DNA of 64,000 nt from Candidatus Micrarchaeia archaeon (GCA_049964835.1 JBMFWW010000002.1:20132-84131), one strand, 5' to 3'. Positions 1 to 10,799 are shown, counted from the first letter of the stretch. The notes: generated from the letters alone by a model not told the origin. Numbers and translations: made by a program.

Positions 1-905
1 TCTTTAAGTTGGTTTTTTATTAATGGGGAAGACGTATTTCTAAAGATCTCGGTTACAATTTCAGCATCTTCAACCTTCGCATTTTTCTCATTTAACGAAT
101 TTTTAATTTCTAAGAGTTTAAGTTGCCTTCCTATTTCTGCATCTATAATACTATCCATACTGTCTAAATCTTGAAAGCCTTTTATTTCAATTCTTGCACC
201 ATTATTTATTGAGATATTGACATCCTGTCTTATCGAGCCTATTCCTCTTTGCGATGTTCCTGTTAATCTCAAAATTAATCCTATTTCCATCGATACTTTT
301 TTAGCCTCTTCAGGCGTAGTTATAACTGGGTCTGTATCTATCTCTACTAAGGGTATACCTAGTCTATCTAGACTATACTCTACGTATTCCTCTGTGTTTT
401 TTATTATGCCACCAGATTCCTCTTCAAGAAATATTGATGTTATCGGTATATTTTTTTCATTTACTTTAATCGATCCTTCATATCCAATCATCATAGTTCT
501 TTGGAATGCGCTTGGGTCGCTGCCATCTACAACTCCCTTTCTCATGACTATTATTTCATCAGGCATTTTACAGTTGAAAGATGCGCATATGTTCATTCCT
601 GATTTAATTGCATCTTCATTAGGTGCATGTGGAGGTTCTTCATCTATATCTACCATACATGTACTTTTATCGAAGTGATCGTATAAAAAGAATCTATTTT
701 TCCTGCTCTCAAATGTTGTTGCTTTATCTATTTTGCCTAACTCTCCCGCTACTGCTCTTTGTCTTCTTTCTATCCTTCCTGTATTTTTATCATCAAAAAA
801 ATTAGCAAAACATCTACAGAATAATTTATTTTTAGTCGATAATCTTTGGTGTATTTCAAGACCACATTTGAAACCTAATTTTTTATAATCATATTTTTCT
901 TGCAT
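1..905 (-). CDS. gatE: Glu-tRNA(Gln) amidotransferase subunit E (runs off window start)
   Basis: Manual translation from ATG at 905: MQEKYDYKKLGFKCGLEIHQRLSTKNKLFCRC..., later RKIVVDGSDPSAFQRT, LEEESG and LDRLGIPLVEIDTDP (GatB/GatE motifs); directly downstream of gatD. Not in the ORF track. Confidence 0.95.
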   Translation of the reverse strand, partial: MQEKYDYKKLGFKCGLEIHQRLSTKNKLFCRCFANFFDDKNTGRIERRQRAVAGELGKIDKATTFESRKNRFFLYDHFDKSTCMVDIDEEPPHAPNEDAIKSGMNICASFNCKMPDEIIVMRKGVVDGSDPSAFQRTMMIGYEGSIKVNEKNIPITSIFLEEESGGIIKNTEEYVEYSLDRLGIPLVEIDTDPVITTPEEAKKVSMEIGLILRLTGTSQRGIGSIRQDVNISINNGARIEIKGFQDLDSMDSIIDAEIGRQLKLLEIKNSLNEKNAKVEDAEIVTEIFRNTSSPLIKNQLK

Positions 906-919
906 TTTGTATCAACCAC

Positions 920-2242
920 TTATGATATGGTAGTCCTTTCTGTGATTTCCCCAACTAAGTTTTTAGCTAAAAGTTTTTCTGCATCTTTTTTGCTATAGTT
1001 TCCAAGTAAGAAACCTAATTTAACGTATGCAGTTTCAGCTAGCATATCTTCACAGTATATAGCTCCTGCCTCTTGTATTAATCTCCCATTTCTGTATACA
1101 TTTCCGTTAACCCTACCATTTATGCATTGTGATGTCATACCTATTATCATTCCTGAAGAGACACCATCTTTTATTGCCTTTGTCCAGTTATACTCATTAT
1201 GACTTGTAGAAACTGGGGCATGTCCCAATCCTGTACCTTGTAATATTAAACCTTTATAATTTTTTTTACTATAATACTCTATAACTCCAGGGTCTGAGTT
1301 AGGATAACTTATTACCATAGCTATCTTACTTTCGTATCCTGTTTTTGCAACTACCTTTTCTTTATGGGCTTTAAATTCATTTTTATAATACTCTTCAACG
1401 TTGCCTTCATAATAAGCACGTGCAAGTATTCCTGTATTTATTGACTTAAACGCGTCTCTGCTTGAGGTATGCATCTTTCTTGCCTTGCTTCCTAATATGA
1501 AATCGCAGTATTTATCAGAAGAGTTGCTATGCATGCATATGCCAACTTTGTTTATGTTGGTTTTTGAAGCTATTCGTGCAGAGCATATGAGATTCATGAA
1601 TGCGTCGCTAGAACCTCTATCACTGCTTCGCTGTGCGCCAGTTAGTACAACTGGACTATTAAGATTTTGAAGCATGAAGCTTAGCGCTGCAGAAGTGTAG
1701 TGCATAGTGTCTGTACCGTGAGTTATGACTACCCCCTTAGCTCCTTCGTTTAATGCATCCGCAACATGTTTTGCCATAAGCTGCCATTCTTTATATGACA
1801 TATCCTCGCTAGCTACGCTCATTAACTGTTCAACATTTATGTTTGCTATGTCACTAAGCTCTGGAACTTCATAAAGTAGCTCTTCAGGCTTAGTAAGCAT
1901 GTAAACGCCTCCAGTAACATAATCGACTTTGCTACCTATAGTCCCACCAGTATATAGCAGAGTAATCTTTTCTAAATCTTTATTATTTTTAGATGTAGCT
2001 TTAGGAAAAGTAAAATTTTCTTGCGTTTTTGACTCTTTTTTATTTACTTCAATATCTTTTGAATATTTTATACCTATATTATATCCATTATCAAGCTTAA
2101 TTATAATTATACTGTCATCTCCAGTGTCCGGTCTTGGCATAAGTATTCCATTTAATTCATTGTTATTATTCTTAATATGCAAAAGGTCTCCTACCTTTAG
2201 TTTCTTGTTTTTAAACAATGCTTCTAATTCCTCAGAATACAT
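920..2242 (-). CDS. gatD: Glu-tRNA(Gln) amidotransferase subunit D
   Basis: N-terminal KLDNGYNIG domain, asparaginase motifs TGGTIGS and HGTDTM, GAQRSSDRGSSD, KMHTSSRDAF. Confidence 0.97.
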   Translation of the reverse strand: MYSEELEALFKNKKLKVGDLLHIKNNNNELNGILMPRPDTGDDSIIIIKLDNGYNIGIKYSKDIEVNKKESKTQENFTFPKATSKNNKDLEKITLLYTGGTIGSKVDYVTGGVYMLTKPEELLYEVPELSDIANINVEQLMSVASEDMSYKEWQLMAKHVADALNEGAKGVVITHGTDTMHYTSAALSFMLQNLNSPVVLTGAQRSSDRGSSDAFMNLICSARIASKTNINKVGICMHSNSSDKYCDFILGSKARKMHTSSRDAFKSINTGILARAYYEGNVEEYYKNEFKAHKEKVVAKTGYESKIAMVISYPNSDPGVIEYYSKKNYKGLILQGTGLGHAPVSTSHNEYNWTKAIKDGVSSGMIIGMTSQCINGRVNGNVYRNGRLIQEAGAIYCEDMLAETAYVKLGFLLGNYSKKDAEKLLAKNLVGEITERTTIS

Positions 2243-2412
2243 AAGTACTATTACTCCTTTCGTATTTAAATTACTTTTGTGATACTTTAGTTACATTCTA
2301 ATATACGTTGTAGTAGACTTGAATTTACACTATGTAGTGTTGATTTTATCTTGATTTTGATTAAATGCAAAATAAACGTATACGTATATTAATCTTAATA
2401 ATAGAATAATAT

Positions 2413-2711
2413 TGCAGCAGAAAGGCGGGAAGCTAGGGGTTTCCCATCCGCAAATCCCCTTTAGGCGGGCCGTATGCCGAGCAAGTGATAATAAACTCTG
2501 TTTGACCTACGTTAAAGCGTTGAAGTCATGCCTTCAGTGGTGGTCTTATATATAAACCGGGCCAGGCCGGAAGGAGCAACCCTAAGTATATGGCAATGCA
2601 GTGTAACTGCGCTGTATAAGCGTACAAAGGGCTATGCTCTGAAGATACAGGGCCGAGTAGAGACGTAGATAATCTTACATAGTTTATTATTGCAGATCGG
2701 TTTCTGCTGCA
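2413..2711 (+). ncRNA. ffs: Archaeal signal recognition particle (7S) RNA
   Basis: Terminal helix TGCAGCAGAAA (2413-2423) pairs with TTTCTGCTGCA (2701-2711); helix-8 motif GGGCCAGGCCGGAAGGAGCAACCC with GGAA tetraloop; about 300 nt GC-enriched island in AT-rich DNA. Confidence 0.9.
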
Positions 2712-2775
2712 TTATCTAATTACTTATAATTCTCCAAAACATAAGGTTATATATCTGAAATGATAATTTATAAGC

Positions 2776-3705
2776 ATGACCTCTAAAAAATCATCTCTCA
2801 GAGTAGATTCTGAACAAAAATTAAGTAGCCAGCTACTTCCTAAAAGTTTTTATGATGAACACAAAAATAAAACCAATGAAGAATTAAATTTATCAATAAA
2901 GGCAATAGCAAGAATTTTCAAAAAAGACGATAAAGAAATAATTGCAGCTGTGACTTCTTTGCCGCAGTTCATCAACAGAAATCATTTAAAAATAATAACC
3001 TCTGTAGCTGAAATATACTCGTGTAAAGAAGAAGAAGCAAAAAAAATTATACTTTCACATCCACAATTTTCTGGTTACTATCATATTAATAAAGTGGAAA
3101 AAATTCAAAAATTATACGGAATTGATAAAAATGTATTAAGGAAAATTATTTTATCACTTCCACAATTTATTGGTTATGATCATGAATCTGCACTTGCCAA
3201 TATCTCTGAAATATATAATTTAAATCTTGAAGATGCAAAACGCTTAGTTTTGAAAAATCCGCAATTCTTAAAGAGAGATCACAAAAAGATTATAAAAAAT
3301 ATAACTGACGTTTATTCCTGTACAGATGAAGAAGCCAAAAAGGCAATTAAAAAATTTCCTCAGTTCGCAGGTTATAATCATGCAAAGAAAATACGAAGAA
3401 TTAGTAGAGTAGCACGTTTAATAGGCATAGATGAAAAAGTTGTCAAAGAATTCATAATAAAAAATCCAGTACTCGCTAGTTATTCTGAAAAAAGGCATAT
3501 TGCAGCATTAGATAGTTTAAATTTATTTAAACCAATTAAGACAAAGGATTTTGATCCTATAACGATAATTAAAAGGTATTCATATCACATATCTAAGTCA
3601 CCTTATGTTCCTAATACCAAACTTAGAGTGTCAAAGGCAAAGAAGAAGGGCCACGACATAGAACTAACTCCTTTTTTAAAAGAAATAAGAAAAATAACTG
3701 ATTAA
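2776..3705 (+). CDS. Basic helical tandem-repeat protein, 33-aa PQF repeats, mTERF-like
   Basis: Six repeats (PQF x5, PVL x1) spaced 33,33,33,33,36 aa; consensus kkiilk.PQF.gy.H...i..i.eiY.....e. Confidence 0.75.
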   Translation: MTSKKSSLRVDSEQKLSSQLLPKSFYDEHKNKTNEELNLSIKAIARIFKKDDKEIIAAVTSLPQFINRNHLKIITSVAEIYSCKEEEAKKIILSHPQFSGYYHINKVEKIQKLYGIDKNVLRKIILSLPQFIGYDHESALANISEIYNLNLEDAKRLVLKNPQFLKRDHKKIIKNITDVYSCTDEEAKKAIKKFPQFAGYNHAKKIRRISRVARLIGIDEKVVKEFIIKNPVLASYSEKRHIAALDSLNLFKPIKTKDFDPITIIKRYSYHISKSPYVPNTKLRVSKAKKKGHDIELTPFLKEIRKITD

Positions 3706-3750
3706 TAATCCATTATCTTTAAATATGGTTGTGTGTAAATATTACATTGT

Positions 3751-3867
3751 GCCGGGGTCGCCTAGTGGTACAAAATATTGTTGCAATTTATTTGCACTAA
3801 ATGGCGGCAGCCTGCTAAGCTGTTCGGCTAGTAATGGCCCCTGCGAGTTCGATTCTCGCCCCCGGCG
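3751..3867 (+). tRNA. tRNA-Ser(GCT) with 31-nt D-loop intron (3770-3800)
   Basis: Acceptor GCCGGGG/CCCCGGC; anticodon arm GCAGC-CTGCTAA-GCTGT; long variable arm; T arm GCGAG-TTCGATT-CTCGC; intron bounded by a BHB motif. Confidence 0.93.
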
Positions 3868-3868
3868 T

Positions 3869-4636
3869 TTATATTTCTAATTTCTGTATGGCGCTGCAAA
3901 ACTTCCTAAATTCCTCTTTAGAAAAAGAATATACTGTTTTTTCAAGGAAATCAGAATCAAATTCTTTAAAAATAGATTGTGAAACTTCTTTTGCCTGCTT
4001 TCTTGTAAATGAGTGCTCTTCGCTTTTATAATTCCAAAGCGTATCTATCACAACATTCTTTACCTTTTTACTTTCACTTTTAAATCCTTCAAAAATCATC
4101 TTTTTTAATATTGTATCTTGCTCTGAAGGCTTTATTCTAATTATATATGAAGACACTCTAGGTTTCGGATCAAATGCATCCTTTGACACTTTGTCTAATA
4201 CTTCAACATCAAAAAATGAATAAAATAATGCAGATATTAAGCCGAAATTCTTACTTTGCGGTTGCGTAGTAATTAATCCTTTGAACCTACTAGGAACGGT
4301 AAAAACTCCCAATTCAAAATTATATCTGTTTTCCTTAACTAATCTAATAAAAAATTGTTCTAATATTTGATAAGGCGGATTGGATATTAATTTATTAAAT
4401 TCCGGCAAATCAACATATAGTGCATCTCCGTGGATAATTTTTATATTGTCATTAGTAAATCTTCTATTCAATTCATTATAAAATTCAGGATCTTTTTCTA
4501 TTACGTACACAAATTTAACCATTCCATAGAGACATCGAGTTAGGGCTCCGTCGCCCCCTCCTAATTCAAGTACTAAATCATCTTTATTTAGATTAGCATA
4601 CTCCAATATTATATCTATAAATTTTTTATCTACCAT
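3869..4636 (-). CDS. ksgA: 16S rRNA m6,2A dimethyltransferase KsgA/RsmA (true start probably upstream; see findings)
   Basis: LELGGGDGALT SAM motif, IEKD, GDAL, SNPPYQI, FDPKPRVSS; the conserved DQHF motif lies in frame just upstream of the ORF-track Met. Confidence 0.93.
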   Translation of the reverse strand: MVDKKFIDIILEYANLNKDDLVLELGGGDGALTRCLYGMVKFVYVIEKDPEFYNELNRRFTNDNIKIIHGDALYVDLPEFNKLISNPPYQILEQFFIRLVKENRYNFELGVFTVPSRFKGLITTQPQSKNFGLISALFYSFFDVEVLDKVSKDAFDPKPRVSSYIIRIKPSEQDTILKKMIFEGFKSESKKVKNVVIDTLWNYKSEEHSFTRKQAKEVSQSIFKEFDSDFLEKTVYSFSKEEFRKFCSAIQKLEI

Positions 4637-4774
4637 GAAGTGCTGGTCAGAACTCTTATCTTTTTTTGTAATATTATCACTTTCTTATCCTAGTAAAACA
4701 CAAATATCTAAAAAATGATATATATATAATTAGGTTGTATTGTAATAAAATTAAAAACCAAACTTATAAATTAT

Positions 4775-5892
4775 ATGCCAACAAAATAAAGAAGCACAGG
4801 AGCTTATTTACAGATGTCTTACAGTTCAAAATAATACACATGCTACAGAACTTGCTAAATTTTCATTAAAAACTACTAAGTACTCCTATAAATTTCAACA
4901 TGCACTTCTAGATAATCCATATCTTTCTGAAGAAGCCGTTCTTGTGTTATTAAAAAGCAGAAGCACAGTGATAAAATCAATGGCACTTCAAAAGCTAAAG
5001 GTCTCAAAGACAGAATTAGTAGAAGCTGCAAGAAGTAATAATCCAGTAATAAAATCTTCTGCAATATCCAATCAAACAACACCGCAAACAGTAAGGACAA
5101 CTGAGTTATTATCAAACGACCCTTTTAGTTTTTCAGTTACGTTAAGAAAAAACTCTAGAAGATCAAAATAATGTGTTAATATGCAATCAATAAAAGATGT
5201 AATGATATTCATAGCACCTAAACCAGTAAAGATAAGTATGGCATTGAGGAGTGATATGAGTTTTAGGACTCATGAACTTTTATCTTTGTCACGAGATGTT
5301 TTGGTCGTATCTGCATTATCACTTTCTACGCCTTATAAAGAAATACAGAATTTCATATTTGAGATCAATAAATCTTCATTCGGTGTATATCGGGGAGCAT
5401 CTCCAATTATGATAAGTCTTTCAAACAATCCTAATCTTTCTGAAACTTTAAAAGTAAAATTACTTAAGATACCAGAAAAGTTAGATGAATCTCTATTGCA
5501 TTTCTTGGTAAAAACCGAGTTTGATTTGATGAATTATATACTAACTCAAAATTTACAATCGCATCCTTCTTATTCTGGGGCCTAGGCTTTACCTCTATAA
5601 TTGCCGCCTCAAAGGGCATTAGTCCATCATTACATCAAGCTATAATAAATATGGCATTAGAGTTCTCAAAGAAAAAAATACCCATACATATAAACATAAC
5701 AATAACGTCACAAACGATGAACCTAACATGTCATATTCTAAAGAAAATATAAAGCACTCTTATTCAGCAAGAAATTTGATTCGCCTGATTGAAGCTCTAA
5801 GATCAAATCCTGAATTAAATCCATACACAAAAGAGCGACTTGCAGTATTAACCGAGCGTGTGAATTCTCTATTAGAAAATACCCAACTATAA
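4775..5892 (+). pseudogene. Fragmented gene for a helical-repeat (HEAT/LRV-like) protein
   Basis: ORFs 4944-5171 and 5181-5585 are in one frame separated by a single TAA; further frameshifted pieces run to TAA 5890-5892; recurring NP.L motifs (NPYLSEEAVLVLL, NPNLSETLKVKLL, NPELNPYTKERL). Confidence 0.45.
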
Positions 5893-5963
5893 TTATTTTT
5901 TTAAAGAAAAATTGTTTTTCAGGAAAGTTCTAATAATATAAATGTTAATATATTATTGATAAA

Positions 5964-6764
5964 ATGGCAAATAGAATAGGGATAATCGGAGGTTCTGGTT
6001 TTTATTCATTGCTTGATTCACCAGAGTCTGTAAGCATAGAAACTAAGTATGGTAATCCTAGTGATAAGATTTCATTAGGCAAGATTGGCGAGGTTGATGT
6101 TGCGTTTCTTCCAAGGCACGGTTCGAAGCATAATATACCTCCACATAAAGTTCCTTATCGCGCAAATATACTTGCTTTTGAAGAACTAGGAGTAAATAGA
6201 ATAATAGCTACTAACGCAGTAGGTTCTTTAAAATCTAATTACACTCCGGGAGATTTTGTTCTTTTCGATCAATTTGTGAATATGACACATGGAAGGCATG
6301 ATACTTTTTTTGACGAAGATAAAGTTGCTCATGTAAGCATGGCAGAGCCATACTGCTCTGATCTTAGAAATATTGCATCTGTAGCGTTATCAAAAATGAA
6401 AATAAGATATCATGAAAATGGGTCTGTAATAGTTATAAATGGACCTAGATTTTCATCGAAAGCAGAGTCAAGATTTTTTAGCTCTCAAGGTTTTGATGTT
6501 ATAAATATGACTCAATATCCAGAAGCTGCGCTTGCAAGAGAAAAAGGGATGTGTTATTTAGGGATTGGAATTGTTACCGATTATGATGCAGGGCTTGAAG
6601 GAAATTCACAGATAAAAGCAGTAACCGCAGATGAAGTTAATAGGGTTTTTGGAAAAAGCATAACAGAGGCAAAAAGCCTTATAAATAACATAGTTCCTAT
6701 TGCATCAAAGACCGTAAACTGCAACTGCAGTAACTCACTTAACGGAGCAATAGTTACTAAGTAA
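5964..6764 (+). CDS. mtnP: S-methyl-5'-thioadenosine phosphorylase
   Basis: GIIGGSG, FLPRHG.H.IPPH.VPYRANI, GPRFSSKAES, NMTQYPEA, VTDYD. Confidence 0.93.
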   Translation: MANRIGIIGGSGFYSLLDSPESVSIETKYGNPSDKISLGKIGEVDVAFLPRHGSKHNIPPHKVPYRANILAFEELGVNRIIATNAVGSLKSNYTPGDFVLFDQFVNMTHGRHDTFFDEDKVAHVSMAEPYCSDLRNIASVALSKMKIRYHENGSVIVINGPRFSSKAESRFFSSQGFDVINMTQYPEAALAREKGMCYLGIGIVTDYDAGLEGNSQIKAVTADEVNRVFGKSITEAKSLINNIVPIASKTVNCNCSNSLNGAIVTK

Positions 6765-6859
6765 AAAATTAATAATTAAAACCTCATTATTGGAAAGTTA
6801 ATAAATACTTACTCGTTAATATTTCATCTAGTTATATGTAATTCGGTTTTAGTGTTTAA

Positions 6860-7573
6860 ATGCAGTCCAATAATAATGTAATTATAGCTGAGAATATAGG
6901 CAAGACTTATGTCTCAAAAAAAATTCAGTATACTGCTCTTAAAGATGTTTCTGTTACAGTACAAAAAGGGGAGTTTCTAGCTATTTTAGGCGCCTCTGGA
7001 AGTGGAAAGACAACCCTTATGAATATACTAGGTACACTAGACAGGCAAACTAAAGGAAGGTTAAGAATAGATGGTGTAGACACAGAAACATTAAATGATA
7101 ATGAATTATGTCTTATAAGAAACAAAAAAATAGGCTTCATATTTCAATCATACAATCTTGTAAATTATCTTTCTGCCTTAGATAATGTACTTCTTCCTCT
7201 AATGATATCTAATATAGATACTCCGGAAAAAATAGAGGAGGCAAAACAGCTTCTTTCAGAGCTTGGACTGTCTGAAAAATATCAAAAAAAACCTCTTGAG
7301 TTAAGCGGAGGAGAGCAGCAAAGAGTTGCAATTGCAAGAGCTCTTATAAACTCACCTTCTATAATACTTGCAGATGAGCCTACTGGAAATCTCGACTCTA
7401 AAACTGCAGACACGGTTCTAGATATACTAATGAGAATGGCTAAGAAAAACGATATAACTATAGTTATGGTAACTCACGATCCAGAAATAGCTAAATCTGC
7501 AGACAGAGAGATACACATGAAGGACGGTGTCGTATACAAAGAGCTTAGGAGCTATAATAAAAAAGCAAAATAA
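6860..7573 (+). CDS. ABC transporter ATP-binding protein (LolD/MacB type)
   Basis: Walker A GASGSGKT, LSGGEQQRVAIARAL, ILADEPTGNLD, VTHD. Confidence 0.95.
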   Translation: MQSNNNVIIAENIGKTYVSKKIQYTALKDVSVTVQKGEFLAILGASGSGKTTLMNILGTLDRQTKGRLRIDGVDTETLNDNELCLIRNKKIGFIFQSYNLVNYLSALDNVLLPLMISNIDTPEKIEEAKQLLSELGLSEKYQKKPLELSGGEQQRVAIARALINSPSIILADEPTGNLDSKTADTVLDILMRMAKKNDITIVMVTHDPEIAKSADREIHMKDGVVYKELRSYNKKAK

Positions 7574-7605
7574 ATTTTAATAAATTATCTTTAATAGGTT
7601 GTTGA

Positions 7606-9276
7606 ATGGGTATAAAAAATATGAGATATGGTCTTGTTTTGCTCGCTGTTAGTTTTATTTTTATGTTCTTGAACACAAGCTTTGCTTCGCAAGTGCAGTG
7701 TAATTTAATTCCTGCTTCTAATTACTTTAAAATTATAGGCGTAACATGGGGCAATGCTACTCATTCAATCTCAGCTGGACCTGGAATAAACGATGCACCT
7801 CTTACCGTTACGCTTGAAAATTATGGTGGTTCATGCAACTTTATAGATCTAAAAGGATACTTGGAGCTTTATGGAGGAATATCTGATTTTAACGGTTCAT
7901 CTTATGCAACTTACTATTTAAACAATCTTGCTCCATACTCTATTTTTAATATGGTCTTTAATCTTAATATAGCTAAAAATGTATCTGCAGGCAACAATAC
8001 CGTTTTATCATATCCTTTTTATATATCCTGGAACTATACTAACGATACAATAAGATCAACTCAAGAGTATAACTTAAGCATACCTTTATACGGAAGTCCT
8101 GATCTTTCATTCTCAATAAAAAATCAACCTCTTATTGCAGGGGAATTAAATAATGTAACCTTACAAGTAAAGAATACAGGTTCTGGAAAGGCATCAGATT
8201 TATCCTCCGAGATATCTATGTCTGGAGCTAGTATCTTGACACAACCTTCTAAGATAGGCGTAATAGAGCCTAACACCACAAAAAATATTTCTTTCTATGC
8301 ATATCTACCTTCAAGTTCTGCAGGACAGCCCGTACTTCTAAATCTTGATTATAACTATATAACACCTTATGGCTACAATACGTCTATATCAACTACTGTC
8401 GATACATATGCAGTACCAAATTATAATAATGGCGTGTCTATCTCAATATTAAACAATAGCATAGAGTCTGGCAATATTCGAAATACGAGTATAGTTGCAT
8501 ATGATACCTCTTCATATCCTATAGAAAATCTTACTATAACTCTTACTCCATCAAGCCCTATAACGTTGCTGGGCTCTGATGGAATAATAAATTTTCCAAC
8601 TATAAATCCAAATTCAAAGGTCAAAATGCCAATATCATTGTATCTGACACCTTCATCAAGCACTGTGGGTAGCATCTCCGCATCTGTCTCATATATATTA
8701 AACGGACAGCCAGAGAGCACAACTCTTCTGTTAAATGTTCTGACACCTAGCAACATAGAGCTGACAAATGTAAATACTGTACTTCTCCCTTCATCCCCCA
8801 CTGTAGGTTCATCATTTACATTGACCTCAACATTAAACAATATAGGTTCTGAAACGGCTTCTGCAGTATCTATAACTCCTGGACATGTAAATGGAATAAG
8901 CACGGAAGGTGAAAACACTACTTCTTTAGGAAGTATACCTGTAGATACTCCTACAGCATTTACGTTAAGCTTTTTGATTTCTCAATCGCTTAAGCCTGGA
9001 ATATATAATATACCTATAATAGTATCTTATCTAAATAATCTTAATCAACAAATTAACCAAACAATTCTATTTCCAGTAAACATCTCAAAAAGCAGCGCCA
9101 CATTCATAACCAGTTCCGGTGCATATGCTGGAAATGCAACTGCATACCGTAACTTTAAGGGTGGCGGAGGTATTCCAATAATTTTAATCATAATAATTAT
9201 TATAATTATTTTGATAATTGCATATTTCTTATATAAGCGAAGAAAAAATAGCAAGAAAACAAAGGCGCATCAATGA
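7606..9276 (+). CDS. Secreted Ig-like (COG1361/CARDB-like) protein with C-terminal TM anchor
   Basis: Signal peptide; repeated beta-sandwich motifs ([29 protein letters not shown]); C-terminal poly-Ile helix plus basic tail; located between ABC ATPase and permease. Confidence 0.75.
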   Translation: MGIKNMRYGLVLLAVSFIFMFLNTSFASQVQCNLIPASNYFKIIGVTWGNATHSISAGPGINDAPLTVTLENYGGSCNFIDLKGYLELYGGISDFNGSSYATYYLNNLAPYSIFNMVFNLNIAKNVSAGNNTVLSYPFYISWNYTNDTIRSTQEYNLSIPLYGSPDLSFSIKNQPLIAGELNNVTLQVKNTGSGKASDLSSEISMSGASILTQPSKIGVIEPNTTKNISFYAYLPSSSAGQPVLLNLDYNYITPYGYNTSISTTVDTYAVPNYNNGVSISILNNSIESGNIRNTSIVAYDTSSYPIENLTITLTPSSPITLLGSDGIINFPTINPNSKVKMPISLYLTPSSSTVGSISASVSYILNGQPESTTLLLNVLTPSNIELTNVNTVLLPSSPTVGSSFTLTSTLNNIGSETASAVSITPGHVNGISTEGENTTSLGSIPVDTPTAFTLSFLISQSLKPGIYNIPIIVSYLNNLNQQINQTILFPVNISKSSATFITSSGAYAGNATAYRNFKGGGGIPIILIIIIIIIILIIAYFLYKRRKNSKKTKAHQ

Positions 9277-10622
9277 AGTTAAAGGATATACTTACTCTTG
9301 GAATAAAAGGAGTATCTGAGCGTAAGTTCAGAACTGCCCTTACAGTTCTAAGCGTAGTAATAGGCATTGCAGCAATAGTGGCCCTTATTTCATTAGTTAG
9401 TGGAATTTCAGTAAGCATCTCAAAGTCATTAGAAAGTATAGGTCCTACAACTATTATTCTAACTTCATCACCATCGCATATATTTACAAATGCAGATATA
9501 GCTGAAATAGAGTCGCTTCCTAATGTAAGTACGGCAATACCTGTTATTAGATTTTCTGCCAATGTAACGACTGGCAATACACAGCAAACAGTAACGGTAT
9601 ATGGTGTTTCAAATTCATTTCTTCCCAATGCGCTTGGAAGCATAAATTTATATTCAGGAACTGTCTACAATGACTCTACACTTCCTACTGCTTTAGTCGG
9701 TTACGATGTTGCATTTCCAACAACTTCTCAAGGTACTTCTTCGGTAAATCTAAATCAACCTGTTTATTTAACCGAACATGCTCCTAATTCTGGAACAAAA
9801 AGCATAACTCTTATACCTGTTGGTATACTTAATCAATATGGCTCTTCATTACTCATATCACCAGATTCATCAATATTCATTCCAATACAAAATGCAGTAA
9901 CAATAACTGGAAAGTATTCATACAATATAATTCTAGTGCAGGCTACCAACGCATCAAGCGTCTCTGCATTATCCTCACTTCTTAAAAATATTTATGGAAA
10001 TGGTGTCGAAATACTTTCTGTACAAGCACTTGCTAGTACGGTTAACTCTATAATAGGCTCAATTGGCGTTCTTTTGGGTAGTATAGCAGGAATCTCTCTA
10101 ATAGTTGCTGGCATAAGTATTCTAAGTATAATGATGGTATCTGTTACAGAAAGAACAAGAGAGATAGGAATTCTTAAGGCAATCGGCTTCAAGAAAAAAG
10201 ATGTGCTTATTCTATTCTTATCAGAAGCTCTTATAATAGGGATTTTAGGAGGATTGGTGGGTGTGGGCGTTGGCGCCGGTGCCTCATACATACTGCCTAG
10301 TCTTTTGTCTAGTGGCACTTCAGGTGCACCTTCATCAACATCTGGTTCTAGCATTGCAACCTCTTCAGGAGGAGGTGGATTCTCAAGAAGCGGCGCAGGC
10401 TTTAGTGGAGGAGGAGCAGGTGGCGGAGGTGGTGCAGGAGCCGCTATCGCTAGTTCATCGCCAAGAAGTTCTGTTTCTAGTAGTTCATTTACTCCTGTGA
10501 TTACTCCCGAGATAGTTATAATTGCAATATTCATAGCCATTATAGTAAGTCTTTTATCAAGTCTTTATCCTGCATGGAAAGCTGCAAGTGTAGATCCTGT
10601 AAAGGCTATACGCTCTGAGTAA
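9273..10622 (+). CDS. ABC transporter permease, MacB/FtsX family
   Basis: [49 protein letters not shown]; Gly/Ser-rich insertion in last extracellular loop. Confidence 0.93.
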   Translation: MKLKDILTLGIKGVSERKFRTALTVLSVVIGIAAIVALISLVSGISVSISKSLESIGPTTIILTSSPSHIFTNADIAEIESLPNVSTAIPVIRFSANVTTGNTQQTVTVYGVSNSFLPNALGSINLYSGTVYNDSTLPTALVGYDVAFPTTSQGTSSVNLNQPVYLTEHAPNSGTKSITLIPVGILNQYGSSLLISPDSSIFIPIQNAVTITGKYSYNIILVQATNASSVSALSSLLKNIYGNGVEILSVQALASTVNSIIGSIGVLLGSIAGISLIVAGISILSIMMVSVTERTREIGILKAIGFKKKDVLILFLSEALIIGILGGLVGVGVGAGASYILPSLLSSGTSGAPSSTSGSSIATSSGGGGFSRSGAGFSGGGAGGGGGAGAAIASSSPRSSVSSSSFTPVITPEIVIIAIFIAIIVSLLSSLYPAWKAASVDPVKAIRSE

Positions 10623-10724
10623 CAATTATGAATAATATCTCAATGTTATTTTAAAAACATCATTTAAATTGATATGGGATAAAAAAGAATAAATAAAAGA
10701 TAAATACAAAGCAAAAAGAGTTTA

Positions 10725-10799
10725 CGGACATGGCGGGATTTGAACCCGCAACCCTCGGCTCCGCAAGCCGATGCGCTATCCAAGTTACGCCACATGTCC
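10725..10799 (-). tRNA. tRNA-Arg(GCG)
   Basis: Reverse complement GGACATG...TCGGC-TTGCGGA-GCCGA...GCGGG-TTCAAAT-CCCGC-CATGTCC-G. Confidence 0.95.

Noticed and set aside
217..805. ORFs 217-678 and 623-805 (+)
   Set aside because: Antisense shadows of gatE.
3834..4031. 65-aa ORF (+)
   Set aside because: Overlaps the tRNA-Ser 3' half and is antisense to ksgA.
9992..10540. Pro-rich 182-aa ORF (-)
   Set aside because: Mirror of the Gly/Ser-rich loop of the ABC permease.
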